Below, in pieces: positions 58,316-64,000 of a stretch of DNA of 64,000 nucleotides. The first letter of the stretch is position 1. The number at the start of each line of letters is the position of its first letter. The DNA lies in IMG/VR virus record IMGVR_UViG_3300042940_001453, positions 62,001 to 126,000 of that record. One strand, given 5' to 3'. The notes under the pieces were generated by a model. It was not told where the DNA came from and did not search any database. It saw only the letters and a list, made by a program, of their open reading frames with translations. This stretch comes from an uncultured virus (IMG/VR IMGVR_UViG_3300042940_001453) (Duplodnaviria > Heunggongvirae > Uroviricota > Caudoviricetes). The position numbers and the translations under genes are program-made.

Positions 58316-58858
58316 TTACTTCCAGGCGTAAATTTTAAGATACCATTTGGTTGTATCGATATTATATTGACTTATTACACTGGTGCTACTGTTATAGTCG
58401 TAAACAGTAATGCTGGTATAAGTTGGGACAATTAGTAACACAGTACTAGAACTCGAAACGATACTGCAAATTGGTTTTGTTTGGTTATTGAAAAAAGATG
58501 TTACGTCAACTTCTTGGTTAATAACAAATCTTCCATCATTACTATTACATTTTAAAACTACTCGGACCAAAGAAGGTACAGCAGAAAATCCGTGGGAAAA
58601 TGAAAGAACATTTCCAGATGAATAATATGATATACTATTACTATCAGTTGTGGTATTAAATAAAGAAGTGGTATATCCAGATATACCATCTGAGTTAGCA
58701 TAATCTTTTAAATCAGATAAAGTGGATTTTCTAGAATATTTTGAACCACCTGTATTTTCAATAACCATCAGTTGATCTGCATCTTTGATACTAGAATAAG
58801 TTGCTAGATCGCTGACCTTTATTAGTTGTACATTTAAACTGTTACACGGAGTTGACAT
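58316..58858 (-). CDS. Short fibre-associated protein
   Basis: N-terminal module KVSDL...YSRKSTLSDL shared with 56823..58313; C-terminal HGFSAVPSLVRV...W beta domain. Confidence 0.7.
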   Translation of the reverse strand: MSTPCNSLNVQLIKVSDLATYSSIKDADQLMVIENTGGSKYSRKSTLSDLKDYANSDGISGYTTSLFNTTTDSNSISYYSSGNVLSFSHGFSAVPSLVRVVLKCNSNDGRFVINQEVDVTSFFNNQTKPICSIVSSSSTVLLIVPTYTSITVYDYNSSTSVISQYNIDTTKWYLKIYAWK

Positions 58859-58877
58859 ATTTTATAAATATAAAGTA

Positions 58878-61250
58878 TTAAGAGTAAGAAGCTCCTATTC
58901 GATTAATAAGAATTTCACTGCCCATCAATACAATTGAATACAAGTCTCTAGACCCATTTGATGGATTTGATGCCGAACCACCTGGCCACTTTAAAGAATT
59001 AGGTGTACCGGTGCTCCACGTAAATGAAGTGCCACCGCTATTGTTATAAAAATACAAATAACACACCTTCTTTTGAGTCAGATTTACATTAAAAGTTTGA
59101 GATGCTGTAGCCGTTACATAGATCATATCATAATCATCAAAACTCAAATTGGTAGTTGCAGCTGCAACAGTAGCACTTACAGTTGTATAATCTTTTTGGT
59201 AATTACCCTTGAAAGATCCTGTGATAATAGCCGCATCTGTCTTGGAAATAATTGAACCATTGTCAACTTTAATATTTCCATAAGAATACATTTTACTACC
59301 ACTGATAGATCCATAAGCACGCATATCACCGCTACTGGATACATAAAATGTATTGGCAAAACTACTTGATCCATATTGTACTAATATAGCGGTTTGTTTG
59401 TTTTCTACTCCAACTGGAGCACCTCCCACGAATTTACCAGCTAATACCGATCCAGCAACGTTTGCGGCTTCATTGCTACCACTAAACATTCTGATTTGCA
59501 ACTTAGCACGTAGATACTTATTTATAGAACCACTTGGCTCTGCTGGAGGAGTTACACCTATACCAACTGAACCATCTCTAGCAGCTGAATCCGTATTAAT
59601 ATATGGCCAGAAATAAAAACCATTACGTATTTGTTTCAATGCGGCCATTGTACCAGATGAATCCGAAGTTCTCGATGTAATGGTACTATTTTTAAGATGA
59701 TATGATCCTGTGGTAATACTCAATGTCAAACTGCCACTGGAAACGGATTGTATAAACCACTGATCTTGATTTGGATATCCAGTTGATCTGTTTTTATTTT
59801 GCAATACAAAACCAGCTGAACTTAATGTACCAGATCCTCTATTTACTACAAAAAGATTTGATTGAGCGTATTTAGCAGACGCAGATACATAAAAATTTAT
59901 TTGACCAAACTCATTTTTATAAAATAGAGGAGATGTTGTTAATCTGTTGCCATCAAAATATGGTACAGCGCTTGAACTATTCAAAGATCCTTTTAACAAA
60001 TAAGAGGATGTTAATGACGTAGTTGAAGAATCAGCGGTTATAGAATGTAAAGCATTATCTACAGTTCCAAGTACAGTTGAAGCTCTCAATGCGTATGAAG
60101 CACTGGTAGTTCTTGTAGAATAACTACTGCTTATAGCTTTACTTGAAGTAAGTGCATAACTACTCGAAAAAGATGAATATTTTTGATTGCCATTATAAGA
60201 ATAACTAGATGTACCATTTACTCTTAGGTTTGACCAAACTAAATACGAAGCGGTATCTGCGGTAGTTGACATACACATACTTGAGGTTTGTGCGTAACTA
60301 CTGGATAAAGATGATAGTGCTCCATTTCCATTGTAAGAATAACTAGCTGTGCCTATAAATGATGGTGACTCAATATATACACTTGAATATACACTAGCTG
60401 CAGTAATATTGTTAAATACACTTGTACCAGTGGTAGCAGTAACATTACCTGTTAACTTACCTTTTAAACTACCTGTGAGTGAGATATTACCACTACCAGA
60501 AAATACTCCTGAAAATCCATTTGCAGAATAAATCTTTGAACCAGATATGACATTTGGCACAGTAGTTCCAATCGGACTATTATTAATAGTTACCCCACCA
60601 ATAGAACCGCCATTTATAGCTGCGTTGTCTATTTCACCATTTACAGCATATAAATTGTTATTTACATCTACATTGTTAAATGAACTTTTACCTATACCAA
60701 CCGTTACATTGCCTAGTAAACGTCCTTTTAAACTGCCTGTTATACCAACACTAGCTGTGAGTTGTTCTATATTAAATGGAGTATTTTCAAGAGTTAGACC
60801 GTTAGGGTAATCTAAAACTGTTATTTGACTATTTATAGAATTTCCAGTAAACGTAATATTGCCACCGCCGCCAAGTGATTGATTAACATCTATTGTTTTT
60901 GCATAGATTCCCAAAAACGTTGGCGCCGATGGATTGTATCCGATAGTAAGATAATCACTTACTATGGCTCTTTTAAATATATTTGGTACCTTTTGACTTA
61001 TGACAGAATAGTTGTCACCTTCAAAACTTCTAAATGAACCCGTGTATGTATTATTTGGTCCTACAAAATTCAAGTTGTTGAATGTTGTTAGAAGATTTGC
61101 TGTTTTTTGTACAAAACTACTAACAGTAGACTTTTTTGTAGAGTTGCTACTTACATTTTGTATGATTAAATAATCATTATTACCGATAGTACCAGCTGTT
61201 AGTGTTGGTAATTCGGGAACAGTTCTACCTTGATTGGATACTATCGCCAT
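58878..61250 (-). CDS. Tail fibre protein
   Basis: (T/S)(A/S)SY repeats, GSLKG.L.GNV repeats, VGIGVT, C-terminal KWPGGSASNPS...D domain typical of fibre tips. Confidence 0.75.
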   Translation of the reverse strand: MAIVSNQGRTVPELPTLTAGTIGNNDYLIIQNVSSNSTKKSTVSSFVQKTANLLTTFNNLNFVGPNNTYTGSFRSFEGDNYSVISQKVPNIFKRAIVSDYLTIGYNPSAPTFLGIYAKTIDVNQSLGGGGNITFTGNSINSQITVLDYPNGLTLENTPFNIEQLTASVGITGSLKGRLLGNVTVGIGKSSFNNVDVNNNLYAVNGEIDNAAINGGSIGGVTINNSPIGTTVPNVISGSKIYSANGFSGVFSGSGNISLTGSLKGKLTGNVTATTGTSVFNNITAASVYSSVYIESPSFIGTASYSYNGNGALSSLSSSYAQTSSMCMSTTADTASYLVWSNLRVNGTSSYSYNGNQKYSSFSSSYALTSSKAISSSYSTRTTSASYALRASTVLGTVDNALHSITADSSTTSLTSSYLLKGSLNSSSAVPYFDGNRLTTSPLFYKNEFGQINFYVSASAKYAQSNLFVVNRGSGTLSSAGFVLQNKNRSTGYPNQDQWFIQSVSSGSLTLSITTGSYHLKNSTITSRTSDSSGTMAALKQIRNGFYFWPYINTDSAARDGSVGIGVTPPAEPSGSINKYLRAKLQIRMFSGSNEAANVAGSVLAGKFVGGAPVGVENKQTAILVQYGSSSFANTFYVSSSGDMRAYGSISGSKMYSYGNIKVDNGSIISKTDAAIITGSFKGNYQKDYTTVSATVAAATTNLSFDDYDMIYVTATASQTFNVNLTQKKVCYLYFYNNSGGTSFTWSTGTPNSLKWPGGSASNPSNGSRDLYSIVLMGSEILINRIGASYS

Positions 61251-61270
61251 AATATATTAATAATTATTAA

Positions 61271-61981
61271 TCACCCAACATTTTTTAGTTTTTTTAATAT
61301 AAATTTTACTAAACCGCTTCTAACAATATCATCTTCATCGAATTTAAATACATAAATTCCGTTATTTCTACTTTCTTCATCGTCAAAGATGTTCATCATT
61401 GGCACAAATCCACTTTTACCATTGATATCACTTTGATCGGGATCACCACATATAAACAACTTACTAAATTCTCCAACACGGGTAATTAATGTGGTCAATT
61501 CTTTCTTACTCATATTCTGAGCTTCATCAGCTACAATACATTTAGCGTTCCAACTCAAACCACGTAAGAAATTTATTGGAAAACCGTGAATACGTTCTTC
61601 TTTTTTTAACTTATCAATATCGTGTTTTGGCAATAATTCTTCTAATTTATCTATTAGTGGTTGAATGTAAGGACTCATCTTTTCATCCATTTCACCTGGT
61701 AAAAATCCCAATTTACTATCACTACTTTCTACAATACTTCTGACATATACGATTTCACTTACTCTTTTTTGGTTTATCAAATTTAAACCGGCTAATACAG
61801 ATGTATATGTTTTTGAAGTTCCAGCTGGACCTGAAATGAAGACTAGTTTAGTTGTTTTATTTTGTAGTAAATTTAATAATTCAATTTGTTTTGGCGTAAG
61901 AGTTCGGTCATCAATTTTTATTGTTTCTCTAATTTTTTCGTTTTGATGAACCTTTGGGCTTGTGTCTTTTTTCTTGCTCAT
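61271..61981 (-). CDS. phoH: PhoH-family ATPase
   Basis: GPAGTSKT, GFLPG, FLRGLS, ADEAQN, TRVGE, GDPDQSD, DIVRSGLVK. Confidence 0.95.
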   Translation of the reverse strand: MSKKKDTSPKVHQNEKIRETIKIDDRTLTPKQIELLNLLQNKTTKLVFISGPAGTSKTYTSVLAGLNLINQKRVSEIVYVRSIVESSDSKLGFLPGEMDEKMSPYIQPLIDKLEELLPKHDIDKLKKEERIHGFPINFLRGLSWNAKCIVADEAQNMSKKELTTLITRVGEFSKLFICGDPDQSDINGKSGFVPMMNIFDDEESRNNGIYVFKFDEDDIVRSGLVKFILKKLKNVG

Positions 61982-62279
61982 TTTTGTTGGTTAGTTGTTG
62001 TTTAATGTTTAAAACACGACCACAATGTTCATATTTCTCAGACAAAATATAATATTCGTAAATATTATTTAGATTATCTTCAAATGAATTGCGGTCTAAT
62101 ACTACTATGAAATCAGAATCTTTAAAGTTAAAGACCTCTATCGCATTCAAATTATTGTCTACCGCATAACATATTGATGAAACAATTTGTTCCATCAATT
62201 TAATTTTATTAGATTTAATTAAACTCTCCATCTGATCATAATCAGATGGCAAAGTTAATGAAGAGTACTTATCTGTCAT
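61929..62279 (-). CDS. Hypothetical protein
   Basis: About 116 aa, ends with EKYEHC segment; TACTTATA 4 nt upstream of ATG 62279. Confidence 0.7.
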   Translation of the reverse strand: MTDKYSSLTLPSDYDQMESLIKSNKIKLMEQIVSSICYAVDNNLNAIEVFNFKDSDFIVVLDRNSFEDNLNNIYEYYILSEKYEHCGRVLNIKQQLTNKNEQEKRHKPKGSSKRKN

Positions 62280-62297
62280 CATATATAAGTATATAAC

Positions 62298-62330
62298 AAA
62301 AAATAAAGACGTTACCGAAGTAACGTCTTT
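62298..62330 (-). terminator. Rho-independent terminator
   Basis: Minus strand AAAGACGTTAC-TTCG-GTAACGTCTTT followed by ATTTTTT; C(UUCG)G tetraloop. Confidence 0.85.
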
Positions 62331-62353
62331 TCATAACCAATTTATCTAACCTT

Positions 62354-62587
62354 TTACTTTTTCTTCTTCTTTTTAACAGGTTTGTCACTATCGTTTTCGA
62401 CCGTTTCTGTTTGTGTCACGGTTGAATTTAATTGTTGTAACCTTCTGTTAGAAGCGTTTTTCCAAGAACGAATTGTTTCTTGAGAAGCATCTGTGTAAGT
62501 TTTGCCAAGTTGCAACAAATCCAACACTTCTTTCTCAGAACCAGCTGCTACAATTCTTTGTTTTAACCCAAATGTAGTACCACTCAT
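62354..62587 (-). CDS. Small hypothetical protein with poly-Lys tail
   Basis: 77 aa, GAAAGGT RBS, ends PVKKKKKK. Confidence 0.7.
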   Translation of the reverse strand: MSGTTFGLKQRIVAAGSEKEVLDLLQLGKTYTDASQETIRSWKNASNRRLQQLNSTVTQTETVENDSDKPVKKKKKK

Positions 62588-62778
62588 TATTTACCTTTCG
62601 TTTCTACAATTTCAATTTTAGAACCATCCGGCCATCGTTTAATAATTGATGACCAATGTTCATACTCCGTTCTAGCCTCATCCTTGGAAGTATATTCCAA
62701 ATCGGAAACTCTTCTACCGTCTCGTAGAATTACGTACTTAATATTATTATCTGTCAAACTGTCGCTTTTCGCTGTCAT
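62587..62778 (-). CDS. Small hypothetical protein
   Basis: 63 aa, TAATG coupling to the next gene, downstream of a sigma70-type promoter. Confidence 0.65.
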   Translation of the reverse strand: MTAKSDSLTDNNIKYVILRDGRRVSDLEYTSKDEARTEYEHWSSIIKRWPDGSKIEIVETKGK

Positions 62779-62855
62779 ACTAATTTATAATTTAATATTT
62801 GAATGTGGTAATATAACTACGGATTCTAAGATTACCAGCCTTAGAACATAACGTA

Positions 62856-62884
62856 ATAATATATACAAAACGCATATACGTCAA
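62856..62884 (-). promoter_or_regulatory. Sigma70-type early promoter
   Basis: Minus strand TTGACG (62884-62879), 17 nt, TATTAT (62861-62856). Confidence 0.6.
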
Positions 62885-62930
62885 GTTTATTTTAATCAGT
62901 TTTTATTCACGTATACATATTTATATAAAT

Positions 62931-64000
62931 ATGATAGCTTTATTGGAAGAAAATCAACTGTTAAATCCAAAATTATCTAAGCAAGAGATTTACAATTTAA
63001 AAAAATTAGAATTCACATTCAATCGAATGTTGAAGGAATTAGCAATTCTTCAAGAATGCATAGAAACTAACAATTTACATTTAGCAGAATTTAAATTGAG
63101 TGTTGGTACACGTAAAGTATTAAAAGAAATACGTGAAAACAATCAACAAATTTCTGATATATCATTGTTAGTAGAAGCTTCCACAGATCCAGTATCAACA
63201 GCAGATACTTCAAAAAATATACTATCACTAATCAATAAATTTCACACAGATAATAAACAATACTTAGATAACGTTGATTCTGATGAAAGATTAAAAGACA
63301 CATCTGTACCAAAAAATATTGGTGCCGAACCAAGTATTATTCAAAAGGCAGCATTAAAAACAAAAGAATTGGGTGGTAAAGCAGGTCAGATTGCAATGAC
63401 TTTATTTCAATCAATTGTGGTAAATGCACTCAATCGATTTGTAAATTGGTCATCTGCATTAAAATCAGATATTTTAGACGCTAAAAAACAAGGATCGGCT
63501 TGGCAAATGATAATGACCAAATTGGGTCCAAGTATGAAGATTGCAAAAAGAGCAGCTGATGGCACCATAACATATGAAAGTGATTCTTCAGGAACATCGA
63601 TGCTCAATAAATTACAAGATTTTACAAAGTTGAATCCAAAATGGACTAATACCATAATTGGTCTATTAATTAACATTACAAAAATGTTATCAATATCATT
63701 AACAGGTGCTACTGTAGGCACATCTTTGGTAATCGGTGTGTTAACTGGATTATTAGTAAGAACAATTGTTGGTCACTATCTCAAAAAAGAATCTTGGAAA
63801 GATGCATTAAAAAATGCATTATTAGTTACAGGTTTATCTTTAGTTGGTGGCGCACTTACAAAAGGACTATTTAGCTACTTCAAAGGTGGTGGATTTATTG
63901 ACGGCGCTAAGTCTTATTTTACAGGAGTTCCAGGCGCTGACATATCAGATCAAAATATTACCAGTGGAAATATTAAAGTATCTGAGGCTGATATAACAAA
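62931..64000 (+). CDS. Partial (3'-truncated) protein with membrane-like helices, absent from ORF track
   Basis: Open from ATG 62931 to the window end (MIALLEENQLLNPKLSKQ...); hydrophobic segments such as SLTGATVGTSLVIGVLTGLLVRTIVG and ALLVTGLSLVGGAL; TATTTATA at 62918-62925. Confidence 0.8.
   Translation, partial: MIALLEENQLLNPKLSKQEIYNLKKLEFTFNRMLKELAILQECIETNNLHLAEFKLSVGTRKVLKEIRENNQQISDISLLVEASTDPVSTADTSKNILSLINKFHTDNKQYLDNVDSDERLKDTSVPKNIGAEPSIIQKAALKTKELGGKAGQIAMTLFQSIVVNALNRFVNWSSALKSDILDAKKQGSAWQMIMTKLGPSMKIAKRAADGTITYESDSSGTSMLNKLQDFTKLNPKWTNTIIGLLINITKMLSISLTGATVGTSLVIGVLTGLLVRTIVGHYLKKESWKDALKNALLVTGLSLVGGALTKGLFSYFKGGGFIDGAKSYFTGVPGADISDQNITSGNIKVSEADIT

Noticed and set aside
53926..61250. 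Diversity-generating retroelement or invertible fibre cassette
   Set aside because: No reverse transcriptase or invertase in the window and no near-identical template/variable repeat pair noticed; repeats are degenerate and protein-level.
61271..61981. PhoH (and Hsp20 itself) as novel auxiliary genes
   Set aside because: Both are common in large aquatic phages.
616..63721. Many short antisense/alternate-frame ORFs in the track (e.g. 616..837, 1303..1620, 7026..7373, 11556..11900, 47551..48165, 51448..51906, 63407..63721)
   Set aside because: They overlap well-supported genes, have shadow-ORF composition and lack promoter or RBS signals.
1..64000. Stop-codon reassignment, as in some large phages
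   Set aside because: Core genes are full length in code 11, and TAA, TAG and TGA all occur at sensible gene ends with tight packing.
1..64000. tRNA genes, CRISPR array, integrase, transposon
   Set aside because: Intergenic gaps are short and explained by promoters/terminators; no cloverleaf, repeat-spacer array or recombinase motif was seen by eye.

Overview
This is a 64 kb segment of a large, AT-rich (roughly 30% GC by eye) contractile-tailed dsDNA phage with distantly T4-like virion genes, read in standard genetic code 11. Most genes lie on the minus strand. The head module has major capsid protein, scaffold, prohead protease, portal and large terminase. There is also a 1304-aa tail sheath, a glycosyltransferase/heptosyltransferase/FkbM cassette, a replication-recombination trio (Mre11-Rad50 fusion, primase, RuvC-like resolvase), baseplate/spike genes, a gp55-like late sigma factor, Hsp20, tail fibres and PhoH. 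At the left end, a plus-strand accessory block encodes a mini MscS-like membrane protein, an ankyrin-repeat/class III nucleotidyl cyclase fusion with non-canonical base-specificity residues and a Mom-like DNA modification enzyme; a free-standing minus-strand GIY-YIG endonuclease follows it. The four strongest leads are: (1) a candidate virion O-glycosylation system, pairing an Aah/TibC-type heptosyltransferase with pervasive (S/T)-(G/A/S)-S motifs in virion proteins; (2) the ankyrin-cyclase signalling module; (3) a strand-specific late-promoter-like motif TANTTAT(A/T), the reverse complement of the T4 late promoter, sitting a few nt before many start codons; (4) a family of proteins sharing an M-I-x-L-x-x-(I/L)-L-x-E leader that may target cargo enzymes into the capsid. 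No tRNA, rRNA, CRISPR array, integrase or intron was seen. All functional calls come from motif recognition by eye, not database searches.
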